A DNA stretch of 64,000 nucleotides from a virus. The stretch is taken from positions 28,963 to 92,962 of the IMG/VR virus record IMGVR_UViG_3300006735_000018. One strand, written 5' to 3'. Below are positions 1-10,197 of the stretch, one piece after another. The translations under genes and the position numbers were made by a program. A model generated the notes under the pieces. That model worked only from the letters and a program-made list of their open reading frames with translations. It ran no database searches and was not told the origin of the DNA. Each line of letters starts with the position of its first letter. Position 1 is the stretch's first letter.

Positions 1-996
1 TGGGTATGGTGTTGGTCCGTAATTAGAGGTTAAATAACCATGTATGTCTAAACCACTATCCAAAGGTCCCCAATCAGAAGTTTCATAATCCATACTAACT
101 GGTGTTGAGAATCCTGGTGGGGTAAATGTGTAGGTTTGACCAGTATTAAAAACCCCAGCCCATACATCAGCTCCCGTTAAAAATGGTATAGCTACTTGGT
201 GTGACACTGAACTGGTACCCCAAGGTCCTACCATTCTAACATTTACAGTATAAACCCCATTATTTGTATAAGTGTGTACTACAGTATCTAATGGTGCTGT
301 TACAGTTACTGGTGCAGCTAAAGGGTCACCCCAATCTACAGTATATTGTATATTTTCTAACCATTTAAAAAATCTAAATTCAGTACTGTTTGTTAAACTA
401 ACCGTTTTTTTTGTTGGGTCAAGTGGGTCCCCAACCACAACAAAGTTAGAAAAATTGTCCGAATGTTCCATTTCACCATCCCACATAGAGTAATGACCTA
501 TATCGTTTAGGTCTTGGTCTAATAGTATGACTAACTGTGAATCATTACTATTTCTACCTGTTCTATTACAACATTTACACCAATCGTTTGGGTCTGTAAA
601 TGGGTCTGGTGCCTTTTGTATTCTTAGAGGAAATGATTTTTCTGTAAAAAGTTTTTTCTTAGCTCGTTGTGTTCTTTCTTCACATTTAAGGCAATATTCA
701 TTTTGTTTTTCAAAGTCTAAAGCATAAAATTTTTCACAATCATCTAAAATTAGTCCACAACAATTAGTATTTTTATCAGGACAACAAACATTTAAAGAAC
801 CAGCATAACAATCTAAACAAGCATCTATTACAGCTTGTGCGTTACCCAAATCACTACATGTTTTACAGTCTGGTGAAATTGGTGTTGGTGTTACTGGTAA
901 AGTTCTTCTAACCCCAACTAATTTTTTATCTTCACAAGGTTCTGTCCATTTTCCTGGTATATTACCAGTCCATATTTTATATCTATAAATTTCCAT
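1..996 (-). CDS. Partial (runs off left edge) putative virion structural protein with a Cys-rich N-terminus and a PKD-like domain
   Basis: Not in the ORF track. My translation from the ATG at 996 (TAATG overlap with the upstream stop) is MEIYRYKIWTGNIPG..., open to position 1. It has a PKD-like YTVDWGD...HTYTNNGVYTV signature and many CxxC/CC motifs. Confidence 0.75.
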   Translation of the reverse strand, partial: MEIYRYKIWTGNIPGKWTEPCEDKKLVGVRRTLPVTPTPISPDCKTCSDLGNAQAVIDACLDCYAGSLNVCCPDKNTNCCGLILDDCEKFYALDFEKQNEYCLKCEERTQRAKKKLFTEKSFPLRIQKAPDPFTDPNDWCKCCNRTGRNSNDSQLVILLDQDLNDIGHYSMWDGEMEHSDNFSNFVVVGDPLDPTKKTVSLTNSTEFRFFKWLENIQYTVDWGDPLAAPVTVTAPLDTVVHTYTNNGVYTVNVRMVGPWGTSSVSHQVAIPFLTGADVWAGVFNTGQTYTFTPPGFSTPVSMDYETSDWGPLDSGLDIHGYLTSNYGPTPYP

Positions 997-1925
997 TATG
1001 GGTTTATATATTCATAAAATTTTATAGGTGTAGTAAAATCTCCACCTACTTGAGGACCCAAACCACTATTAGCGTTATATAAATTTATATCGTATTCATT
1101 AAACATGTATGTAAAATCTGTAGGGTCAAAAGTTAATTGATAGTAATAGTATTCTGGAATACTTAGTTTGTAAGTATTTAGTGGTTGTATTTTATTTATA
1201 AATTTATGTATTTTTCCTGTTTCAGCATTAAAAAACTTACAAGACATATAGAATACATTATATTTTACTAATTCTCTATTCTTTAACCACTGTATATAAT
1301 AATTTTCGGTATTTCTACCTATAGATGCAAATTCAAACCTAGAGGATTCTAATTTATCATAGTAGTATGGTGGTCCATTATAGATACCATCTTGTAAATC
1401 TTCTATTTCTTTATCTCTATAAGCTAGTGGGTCATAGTTTATTGAGGTATCATCGTTAGATATTTCTAGTAATGAAGAATAAGGTCCTGTTTCGGTAAAA
1501 CTTTTTCCATTGTTAGCAGGATTTATTATAGAAAAATACAACCTTTGTCTTTGTGGGTCTGGTGTGTCATAAAAATCAAATTTAAAAAAACTTCTAGTAA
1601 AATTACTTTTTCTATCTATAATATCTGGGTGACTTATACCTACAACCGAATAATCTGGAATGTAATCTAGTGGGTCAGCTGTTGCTGTGGAAACCATACT
1701 AAATTGCATATCATAAAATATGTGTTTTTCTGGATGTTCGGTTTTAGGTGAATATCTAGTAGTTTCAAAATCTTGTGTTATATTAATATTGTCCTGCATT
1801 TCTGACCTTTCATACAGTTCAACTAATTGTTCTCTACCTAAAGATTCATCAAAATCATTAGCTATAGGGAATGAAACTTTTTTATCAGTTTCACTTCTTA
1901 ATATTCTCATTCTATTCACAGTCAT
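996..1925 (-). CDS. Hypothetical virion/baseplate-associated protein
   Basis: 309-aa ORF, translationally coupled to its neighbours, in the operon downstream of the baseplate wedge genes. Confidence 0.6.
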   Translation of the reverse strand: MTVNRMRILRSETDKKVSFPIANDFDESLGREQLVELYERSEMQDNINITQDFETTRYSPKTEHPEKHIFYDMQFSMVSTATADPLDYIPDYSVVGISHPDIIDRKSNFTRSFFKFDFYDTPDPQRQRLYFSIINPANNGKSFTETGPYSSLLEISNDDTSINYDPLAYRDKEIEDLQDGIYNGPPYYYDKLESSRFEFASIGRNTENYYIQWLKNRELVKYNVFYMSCKFFNAETGKIHKFINKIQPLNTYKLSIPEYYYYQLTFDPTDFTYMFNEYDINLYNANSGLGPQVGGDFTTPIKFYEYINP

Positions 1926-3648
1926 CTGCCGGTAAACTTATATAAGGTGGTGTTAGGTAATCTTTATCGATAATTATTGGTTTTATCTTAAAAATTACAT
2001 TTGTGTATGGATAATGTGCCCCATTTACAAAAGGATAATTTACCCCATTAGTTTCAGATTCGTAAAAACCTATAGGTAACATTTCTCTCCATCTAAATTG
2101 ATTTTCGTAATTTGAGTAGGTTGCGTATTGTGAAACAAATTCAAAATTATCATGTACCGAAGGTGCTTCTGATAATTTTCTAATAGGTATTCTATGGTGT
2201 GGTTGGTAGTAGTACCCTCCTTGTATTTCATTAAAACTATTACCGTCTAGACCTGAATCGTAAAAAGAAAATCCGTCAGTTAAAATATCGTTATATGTTA
2301 ATTTATGATAAACTTCAGATACTATTCTTTCACCTATGTCCCATTTATTGTACTCTACAAAAGCACCCGTAAAGGTATCACCACTCTGTGGTAAGTTCCA
2401 AGGTGTTGTAAGATTTGGTTCTATGTTATTATTTGGATATGGGTCTACAATTCCTGTTGGTTTAAAGTTCCAATCCCAACCGATACCTACAGGACTACCA
2501 TTTTTAGTTTTCCAAATTCTAGTTTCATTAACAGCAAAAACACTTAAATATAAATCTAGAATAGGTCTTCCTAAGTTATCAGAATAATCACTAACATCTA
2601 AATCATTATTAAAATTCCACAAATATGATTTATAATCACTTTTAGTAACTATATGTTCTATACCTAGAGTTGGTGCATCTTCATCCCTAAAATTTTTTTC
2701 TCTTTTAGAAAAAATACCAAACTCAAAACCAGTCCTATCTAAAACATCGTCTGTTGGTTTTGTTAAAATTTTATGTGAATGAACATAATAATCTGATAGT
2801 GTTTCACTTACATTACTTGGGTCTATTAATCTTTTAAATACACCAAAGTCACTATTAGTAACAGTTATAGTAGAATCTTGTAGTAGAACAGTAAACACTT
2901 TTTGTTCACTACCTAAGGTTTCATCACCTAATGAAAAAATAGGTAATGTAGTTTTACCATTTAACATAGTGACCAAATTAACCCCACCCATTGTAGCGAT
3001 AGTACCTGTTGTCTGTAAAACGATGTATTCACCCTCATTTAGTCCATGATTTACTGGACAAGTAAACTTTACACCACTTTTACCTTGTATCTTAACATTT
3101 TCAACAAAAAATGGTATACCGTCACCAGCTTGAAATGTTATTCCAGAATAACTAACAACACCACTATCATCTTTTGATGAAATGGTATATTCCATTGGGT
3201 AGTCGGACACACTATCATGTATGTAAGATTCATATATTACCCAATTATCCTTTTTTGCTTTTATTTCTTGGTAGTTATGTGCTGAAGTTAATGCTGTATA
3301 TGTTATAAAGTCAAAAAAGCTACTTGCTGGATACCCACACGCAGCTGTAGATGCGGAAGGTATTATAGGGTCATAGTAAAGATGGTTAGAAACAAATAAT
3401 GGGTCATAACTACAACCAGAAATAACATTATCATATAAAACATTTATTTTACCATATAATCTGTAAATATAACTTTCTTCTCGTTCTCTAATATATTGGT
3501 CTGCTAAATTTAATACTAAATTTCTTTCCCCTTCAATTAAAGTTCTAGTAGTGGACTCTAAAGAATATGGAATTCTTAAATTCTTATCTTGAGCACCTAT
3601 ATATTTTTGGGAACCTCTAACTATATGTAAACTTTCTGGATATCTCAT
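1912..3648 (-). CDS. Hypothetical virion/baseplate-associated protein
   Basis: 578-aa ORF with overlapping start/stop at both ends; structural gene context. Confidence 0.6.
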   Translation of the reverse strand: MRYPESLHIVRGSQKYIGAQDKNLRIPYSLESTTRTLIEGERNLVLNLADQYIREREESYIYRLYGKINVLYDNVISGCSYDPLFVSNHLYYDPIIPSASTAACGYPASSFFDFITYTALTSAHNYQEIKAKKDNWVIYESYIHDSVSDYPMEYTISSKDDSGVVSYSGITFQAGDGIPFFVENVKIQGKSGVKFTCPVNHGLNEGEYIVLQTTGTIATMGGVNLVTMLNGKTTLPIFSLGDETLGSEQKVFTVLLQDSTITVTNSDFGVFKRLIDPSNVSETLSDYYVHSHKILTKPTDDVLDRTGFEFGIFSKREKNFRDEDAPTLGIEHIVTKSDYKSYLWNFNNDLDVSDYSDNLGRPILDLYLSVFAVNETRIWKTKNGSPVGIGWDWNFKPTGIVDPYPNNNIEPNLTTPWNLPQSGDTFTGAFVEYNKWDIGERIVSEVYHKLTYNDILTDGFSFYDSGLDGNSFNEIQGGYYYQPHHRIPIRKLSEAPSVHDNFEFVSQYATYSNYENQFRWREMLPIGFYESETNGVNYPFVNGAHYPYTNVIFKIKPIIIDKDYLTPPYISLPADDCE

Positions 3649-6600
3649 TATATTACTACGTAATCATCTGTGCTTTCTTTTTCTAATGGTACATACTTCT
3701 TAACAAATGTATCATAAGAAGTTGCTCCAGGTATTAAACCAAAATAATAATGATAACCCATACCTAAAGATACTCTAGATTGTGGTTGATTTGCTGTTAT
3801 AGGTGTTGTAGGTAAAGGTGTCCCGTTATTTGTTTGCCAAGTAAATATATCTTGTATGTTACCAAAAGCTATATCACTTTCGTTTGTTGCCCAATCCCCA
3901 TCATACCATTGGGTACTACCATACCCACCACCATTTTTATCCCAAGGAAAGAATGGTACTATTTGAGAGGTGTTGTTATTAACTTCAACTATACATTCTC
4001 TAATGTGTTCGGCTGAAGGATTTATAGTATCACCACTACTTAATTGTACTGTCATTTCAACACTATCGTCTGAAGAACCTCCAGCACCTGGTACACTTAC
4101 CGACCTATTTATCCAAGCGGCTTCTCCTTCAAATTGCCATCCAAGTTGCCAAGTTGGATTACTTGGACTTATTTGTGCTGTAGAAGGCCAACTACTGTCC
4201 CACATGGTAGAACCATTAGCCCATGTGTTTCCACCAGATGGTGGATAATCCCAACCCATGTTATCCGCTGTATATCTTGTAGCTGGGTCACAATCTGGCG
4301 GGTTACATAACACAGCAAAATAATTTATTTCAGCGGTATCTGGTGCTTCATATTCTACCACACCTACCTCATTAAATTGTGATAGTATAGAAGCCATACC
4401 ACCATTAAGTTCTCTTCTTCTACCTGGTTGTGACCAAGTTTCATTTCTTCTAAATGGTGTTCTTAAGTTTATTAAATCAAAAGCACTATTATTGTAGTTA
4501 ACTATTTCATTTATAGCGTCAAATAAAAAATCACCCGCTCCATTAAATGTAGTACTTCCAATATTAGGTGCGACAGAACAACCTTCACTAGCACCTCCAC
4601 TATTAGTACATATTTCACCTATATTAGTTTTTACTGGACCTAAATCCATTATTGTAGTTGGCCAATGTAGATTTCTATTATTTGCTCCAGCAGCCTTTTC
4701 CTGACCTAAAGTAGCCATATACCCTATTGGTCCACCTATTAAAAACCCAACTAATGGTGGTATACTAGCGTCAAAGAAAGGACTACCACGAAACACACCA
4801 GTTCCTGTGGCAAAATCATAACTATAAGGTGTACATCTATAATAATATTGTTGGTCCCTTGTATGGAAATATACTATTTCGTCACAATGTTGTGACCTAT
4901 ACTTACCCTCAACTTTACTAGGTCTAATTTTAGCTCTAAATTGAAATGCGTATAATACCCCACCAACATAGTTATTTGACCAAAAATAATTCATTAGTCC
5001 GTCACACATAGACCTAAATAAATTTTCTCTTTTTCTCCAATCTATAATCATAGCTACCTTTGTAGGTTCTGAATTAAAAATACTTCCTATAGCACTTAAA
5101 ATATTATCCCAATCAATACTATAACAACCTTGGTCTAAAGCTTTATCGTCATTTGTTGGTGTATTACACTCTAAGTAGTCATTATCGTCATCCCCTTCAT
5201 CGTCGCAACCCACTAAACCACCACAACAATCTTGGTTTGCACTACCATTTACAGCGGTAGTGTAACAACCACATTTATCACACTCTGGATATTTTGTTAA
5301 TCTTAAAAATAAACAACCAAAAATATCACTACAAGAAACACTTAAACCGTTGGCTGCTTGTTCACAAGGACATGTGTTACAAGTACAATGTCTCTTTCTT
5401 TTCCTTTTACTCCAAAAATAAATTACATTACAAAGAACACATATAATACCCATAACCACACGGTAAATTAAATCTATTATAATCATAATTATAGCAACTA
5501 TGGTACACACTAAAACCATAATAAAATATAGCATGGTGTATATTCCTTGTAAAAATCTTGTTATAAATTGATTGATTACAATTGCAAAATTAACATTTTT
5601 GTTAGCTGAGTTCATTGGGAATGGTGCTGCTTGTCCAGCACAACTATCTTCTTGTCTTGGTGCTATTTCTTTTACCCCTATAAAAGCATCTTTAGCTCTA
5701 TGTTTCCAATGGTTATGAAATGATGTTAGGGTATATACTTTAGAATATTCAAATTCATAAAAAACATCATTACATGATAGGATATCACCACTATCAACAG
5801 ATGCTTCCGCGTAATCATAATAATTTACAGAAAAAGCATAACTTCTTTGGTCTACAATTGTAGTTTGTGGTGGGTTTACACCTAAAATATTATATGGGAA
5901 TGTGCTAGTAAAATCGACACCTTCTTTTGAGTGTTCTTTAATTTGTGGAACTAAAAAAGCTCCTCTTTTTCTTTGTCTTGCTGTACCAGTTGTTTCTAAT
6001 GGTTTAATCCTAAATCTATATTTCCCTTTTGTTGGTATTCCTATTCCTGGTTTTTTAGATATTTCTTGTTCACCAAATTCGTTTGTTATCACATAATCTA
6101 AATTCATTGGTACGTTAACTAGAAAGGCTCCATTTTCATCAATTGTATACCCACCATTAATGTCAAATCTTTCTAAAACAGGCACCAATTCTGTTTGTCC
6201 TGGATTATTTGTATAACCAGTAGGTCTAACATCTTCTTTAAAAAATGGTGTCCACCTTATAGATTCTAAACTTCCTTGTGCGGGAGCTAAATTACAAAGT
6301 TCACCCATATCTCTTTTAGGTTTACAGTTTTTATTAACTGATGACCTTTCTGTGTCAGTAACTAGTGAACCCATAAAAACAGCTGTAGGTTTTATTTCTA
6401 CACTTCCAGATTCTCTTAAATCAAAATCGGCTCTAGTTATTGTAGCTCCACATCCAGAATCTGCATCACCCCACAAAGGTTTTACATCTATAGATTTTGA
6501 TAACATAACTATTTGTGGTAAAGCGTCTAGATTTGGGTCTGTTTTAAATTCTGCTCCATTAAAAGAAGCTTCTGGTTCTCCTTGTAATTTAAAATCTTCA

Positions 6601-7142
6601 GGTACCATTGAAAAACATCCTATGTCAGATAGGTCGACATTCATAACTAAAGTGTGTTCACCTAAAGGTACACCATAAATCATAAAGTCACCACTATCAT
6701 TTGTTTTGGCTGTGTATTTGTAATATTTGTCATACACATAAGAAACTTCTTGGTTAAGTAATGCGTTATCTAGGGATGGAAAACTACCTGTAGATTGGTG
6801 TCCGTTATAGTTTGGTACACTGGATAATAAATTATACCTATAACCTTCTTCATTTCTATAGTTTTGTGTTTTATAAGGATATAAGGCACTTATTACTGGA
6901 TTTTCTTCATCCTCACTATCTAAAGGTACGAATACAGATACTTTAGCGTTTGGTAGTCCGAAACCACCGTTAACTAGAACTCTACCACATACAACACCAA
7001 AATTAGAGCAGTCCTTTGGGTAAACATCTGTTTGATGTAACCTTAGACTTAATATTTCTAATAAATCAAAATCTTGATTTAAATCTAAAGTGATTTCTTT
7101 ATCTACACCGATTTCGGTTCTAACTCTTAAACTTTTTAGCAT
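3648..7142 (-). CDS. Large structural protein with an N-terminal beta-sandwich (carboxypeptidase-regulatory-like) domain, an internal hydrophobic segment and a Cys-rich region
   Basis: 1164 aa. GRVLVNGGFGLPNAKVSVF...TNDSGDFMIYGVPLG is a prealbumin-like pattern. A hydrophobic run at about aa 520-580 is followed by KRKRKR and a Cys cluster. Adjacent to the gp6-like gene. Confidence 0.6.
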   Translation of the reverse strand: MLKSLRVRTEIGVDKEITLDLNQDFDLLEILSLRLHQTDVYPKDCSNFGVVCGRVLVNGGFGLPNAKVSVFVPLDSEDEENPVISALYPYKTQNYRNEEGYRYNLLSSVPNYNGHQSTGSFPSLDNALLNQEVSYVYDKYYKYTAKTNDSGDFMIYGVPLGEHTLVMNVDLSDIGCFSMVPEDFKLQGEPEASFNGAEFKTDPNLDALPQIVMLSKSIDVKPLWGDADSGCGATITRADFDLRESGSVEIKPTAVFMGSLVTDTERSSVNKNCKPKRDMGELCNLAPAQGSLESIRWTPFFKEDVRPTGYTNNPGQTELVPVLERFDINGGYTIDENGAFLVNVPMNLDYVITNEFGEQEISKKPGIGIPTKGKYRFRIKPLETTGTARQRKRGAFLVPQIKEHSKEGVDFTSTFPYNILGVNPPQTTIVDQRSYAFSVNYYDYAEASVDSGDILSCNDVFYEFEYSKVYTLTSFHNHWKHRAKDAFIGVKEIAPRQEDSCAGQAAPFPMNSANKNVNFAIVINQFITRFLQGIYTMLYFIMVLVCTIVAIIMIIIDLIYRVVMGIICVLCNVIYFWSKRKRKRHCTCNTCPCEQAANGLSVSCSDIFGCLFLRLTKYPECDKCGCYTTAVNGSANQDCCGGLVGCDDEGDDDNDYLECNTPTNDDKALDQGCYSIDWDNILSAIGSIFNSEPTKVAMIIDWRKRENLFRSMCDGLMNYFWSNNYVGGVLYAFQFRAKIRPSKVEGKYRSQHCDEIVYFHTRDQQYYYRCTPYSYDFATGTGVFRGSPFFDASIPPLVGFLIGGPIGYMATLGQEKAAGANNRNLHWPTTIMDLGPVKTNIGEICTNSGGASEGCSVAPNIGSTTFNGAGDFLFDAINEIVNYNNSAFDLINLRTPFRRNETWSQPGRRRELNGGMASILSQFNEVGVVEYEAPDTAEINYFAVLCNPPDCDPATRYTADNMGWDYPPSGGNTWANGSTMWDSSWPSTAQISPSNPTWQLGWQFEGEAAWINRSVSVPGAGGSSDDSVEMTVQLSSGDTINPSAEHIRECIVEVNNNTSQIVPFFPWDKNGGGYGSTQWYDGDWATNESDIAFGNIQDIFTWQTNNGTPLPTTPITANQPQSRVSLGMGYHYYFGLIPGATSYDTFVKKYVPLEKESTDDYVVI

Positions 7143-7215
7143 TGCGTGGGTTTATATCATAAATAGTTGTTATTGCAAAACTAAGAATAGGTTTAGGATT
7201 AAATTATGTAAATAA

Positions 7216-9069
7216 TTATGAAAAGTTTGGCCTGTTGATTTGTTTAACACGTACACGAATATCAATATCTGGATATCTTACCTGTGGCATTTCATCTGGT
7301 TGGAAGAATAGTGTTTGGTCTACCACCCCTATTTGGTATGTAGAACTAATTGTGGAACCTGAAACTAGTGGTTGTGACGTGATTGAATTGGAGTACGTCC
7401 CACCTACTTCGTTGTATACTCTGATATCTATAACATTTAACACACCTGGTTGTTCCGACACTCTAGCGTAAAGATTACTAAGACTAATAGTTTCCCCTAA
7501 TTCATGAGAATCTATATCAAAAAAGTTTTTTACAGATTCTATAACATTAGAAACAACTTGTCCTTGATTTACATCGGTGGTTATTACTACATCTATATCT
7601 AAACTTAAATCGATTACTTTACCAGAAGATACTTCTATATAATCATTTAACATCCTATAGTTAGACAAATACTCAGATACGTTATTTTTTAAAGTAGAAC
7701 TAACATTAGATGTTAAAGCTCCATTAGGTGAGTAGGATAATAGACTAAGTTTTACTTTATTCTCTATTTCTGTAACACCAACTTTTGCTGCCGCACCAAA
7801 GTGAGCCGGCATTGTTCTTACTCTAGCTATATAATCATTTATAGTGACCGCTCTATTTTGTGCTGCAAAGTTAAAGGTAACATAATTTCTAACTTCTTCG
7901 GTAGACATTTGGTCGTCACCACCTAAAGCTGATGTTACGTTTGTAACTTGTAGACTATTAGATACGTTATTGTTAATTAGGGATACTGGTCCTGAAACTA
8001 CAAAATCTATAAGACCTAACGAATTTATCGCTCCAGCTCCTAAATTAGAGGCTTTTCCACCACCAACCCTATACTGTATGAATAGTGTACTATTTGGTTT
8101 TGGTATTGTACCTAAAGAAATATTATTTATAAATTTATTTAAATTTATATTAATCCCATATTTTGAAAACTCATCTAATAATTTTTGTGAATTGTTATTT
8201 CCACTACCAAAAGTTAAAAAAAAGAAACCTTCGGGAGTAAATTCCGTTATGAATTTATTATCAGTTCTTATATATTTACCAATTTTTAAACCAGGGTCAT
8301 CAGCTGGAGTCGATTCATCTATTTCAAAAACTTCAGATTCTGCCAATGCTTGCATTTCATACCATTTATTTTCTCTAGCTGTTATAAATTCTAAAGCTGA
8401 AGGTAAATTTGTATAACCTAAACCTTCTTTTTGTATTACAGAAGTCACACCAAGTACATTTCTTTCTGGTAAAAATAATTTTAAAAATGGTTTACTATCT
8501 ATATCGGTAATTTCTTTTTTAAACACTTTAGTTACACCATTTACAACCACCTCTCTTTTAGTAATTGTGTAGTTTTGAATTATACCATTACTATTATAGT
8601 TTGGTACTTTGGTTCTATTTACAGCCCCTTCTACATTGTATTGTGATGAAAAGTCACAATCATTTACCAATTCAAATACTTGACCACCACCTCTTACTTG
8701 AGCTCCTCTTCTTAAAAAACCTAAATATCTACTATCTTCTTTATCCCCTCTTGCTGGGACCACAATAGAAAAATCACATAATGTTATAGATGGTCTATTT
8801 CCTGGTATTTTAAGCCCATAAGTTCTAGCTATATTAAAAATAGAACTTCTTTCCTGTGCATAATCTAAAACAGTTTCTTGTAACGACCTATCAATACTAA
8901 AATGTAAATTGTCAGCTACAGCAGCATTTAAATCTAAAAATACTGAAAATATAGAAGCGTCATTAGAATTTTTTATTAAATCTGGATAATATATATTTGT
9001 TAGTCTAAGTAGTTCATTTCTTAAACCTAGAAAATCTCTTTCTGTGTAAGCTATTTTTTTCTCTGCCAT
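7216..9069 (-). CDS. Baseplate wedge protein (T4 gp6 / baseplate J-like)
   Basis: N-terminal YTERDF..LR..L; YRVGGG..SN, ALGGDD and AQNRAVTINDY motifs typical of gp6-like proteins; follows the gp25-like gene. Confidence 0.88.
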   Translation of the reverse strand: MAEKKIAYTERDFLGLRNELLRLTNIYYPDLIKNSNDASIFSVFLDLNAAVADNLHFSIDRSLQETVLDYAQERSSIFNIARTYGLKIPGNRPSITLCDFSIVVPARGDKEDSRYLGFLRRGAQVRGGGQVFELVNDCDFSSQYNVEGAVNRTKVPNYNSNGIIQNYTITKREVVVNGVTKVFKKEITDIDSKPFLKLFLPERNVLGVTSVIQKEGLGYTNLPSALEFITARENKWYEMQALAESEVFEIDESTPADDPGLKIGKYIRTDNKFITEFTPEGFFFLTFGSGNNNSQKLLDEFSKYGININLNKFINNISLGTIPKPNSTLFIQYRVGGGKASNLGAGAINSLGLIDFVVSGPVSLINNNVSNSLQVTNVTSALGGDDQMSTEEVRNYVTFNFAAQNRAVTINDYIARVRTMPAHFGAAAKVGVTEIENKVKLSLLSYSPNGALTSNVSSTLKNNVSEYLSNYRMLNDYIEVSSGKVIDLSLDIDVVITTDVNQGQVVSNVIESVKNFFDIDSHELGETISLSNLYARVSEQPGVLNVIDIRVYNEVGGTYSNSITSQPLVSGSTISSTYQIGVVDQTLFFQPDEMPQVRYPDIDIRVRVKQINRPNFS

Positions 9070-9070
9070 G

Positions 9071-9577
9071 TTATAAATTTATAATTATAAAATCTCTTGT
9101 ACCAAACACATCATCTTTTATACTATAATCTATAAAAATTTTAGTAGTATATTCTTCAGTACCATCACCAGCTATTCTATATATTCTATCATCTAAGTCG
9201 GTGTCCAAGGTACTATCATTAGAAACTAATGATGGGTGGTTGGATGAATTATTTTTTCTTTCTTCTTCTCTAACGTCTTCCAAATTTTGTAATTTTATTT
9301 CATTAACAATTATATTTGGTATGTATTTTTGAATTACGTCTCTAAGTTCTGAGTCTATAGCTTGAAATGTTGTGGTGTCTAGTGGTTCAAAAATGTACTC
9401 GTATAATCTTGTACCAAAATCTGGTAAAAAGTACCTAGACCCCTTTCTTGTTAATATAAGGTGTATCAAATCAGCTTTAGTTTCTTCCGCTACTGTAGTT
9501 GTTGTTTTTAAAAAAAAACCACTATCACTATCTTGGAAGGGAAAAGCTATACCATATCTTTCTCTAGCTATTGTCAT
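9071..9577 (-). CDS. Baseplate wedge subunit, gp25/GPW family
   Basis: GIAFPF...LILTRKGSRYFLPDFGTRLYEYIFEP is the gp25 signature. Confidence 0.9.
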   Translation of the reverse strand: MTIARERYGIAFPFQDSDSGFFLKTTTTVAEETKADLIHLILTRKGSRYFLPDFGTRLYEYIFEPLDTTTFQAIDSELRDVIQKYIPNIIVNEIKLQNLEDVREEERKNNSSNHPSLVSNDSTLDTDLDDRIYRIAGDGTEEYTTKIFIDYSIKDDVFGTRDFIIINL

Positions 9578-9601
9578 ATTAAATAAATACTATAGTTTAA
9601 A

Positions 9602-9811
9602 TTATCTATTAACTCTTTGAAACATTCCTTCTAGGATTTCTTCTATTGCTGATATAACAGCGTACTCGTCATTACCCCAGTTGGACTTATGACGTTCAAT
9701 AAGTCTTTCAACTATATATTTAACGTCTTTATCTAATAATTCCCATTTTCTATCATCCTGGGGTTGCCAGTATGACTCCTCTCTTAATATTTTTTTAATT
9801 AGTTTGTCCAT
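9602..9811 (-). CDS. Small hypothetical protein with a MDKLIKKILREE leader
   Basis: The ORF track gives 9602..9829. The ATG at 9811 lies just downstream of a TATTTAT motif (9819-9825) and is the more likely start. Confidence 0.6.
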   Translation of the reverse strand: MDKLIKKILREESYWQPQDDRKWELLDKDVKYIVERLIERHKSNWGNDEYAVISAIEEILEGMFQRVNR

Positions 9812-10034
9812 TATTATTATAAATATCACATCTAAGTTCTTTATTTAACTTAAGGTGTGGTGGCCAAAAAGGACAGTGTCTACAACCACTACCACAACAA
9901 CTTCCTCTTCTTTTATGATACTCTTCTGTCATTACCATAACACCTCCTTCCCAATAAAAATCTTTAGGTTGTAATTTAGGTTTTAAAAATTCCTTATAGT
10001 GTAACTCACTAATCCAATCGTCATTCCTTTTCAT
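9795..10034 (-). CDS. DUF5522-like Cys-rich small protein
   Basis: FYWEGG.MVMTEEYHKRRGSCCGSGCRHCPF matches the DUF5522 pattern as I recall it. Confidence 0.75.
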   Translation of the reverse strand: MKRNDDWISELHYKEFLKPKLQPKDFYWEGGVMVMTEEYHKRRGSCCGSGCRHCPFWPPHLKLNKELRCDIYNNNGQTN

Positions 10035-10197
10035 TTTTCACTTCTTTTACTTCTTCTTTATGCCCACAACTAGGACAAGTTATTTTATTTTTTAATATGT
10101 CATTAGAAAACAAATGGTAGTCAGCAATTGACCACCATTTATTACACTTACCACAATTAAAGTGGTATAATATTTCTTTACTAAATTTGTGTTTCAC
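10021..10197 (-). CDS. Small zinc-ribbon protein (58 aa, missed by ORF track)
   Basis: GTG start overlapping the nrdJ end: MKHKFSKEILYHFNCGKCNKWWSIADYHLFSNDILKNKITCPSCGHKEEVKEVKNEKE*. Two CxxC pairs; it fills the gap between nrdJ and the DUF5522-like gene. Confidence 0.75.
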   Translation of the reverse strand: MKHKFSKEILYHFNCGKCNKWWSIADYHLFSNDILKNKITCPSCGHKEEVKEVKNEKE

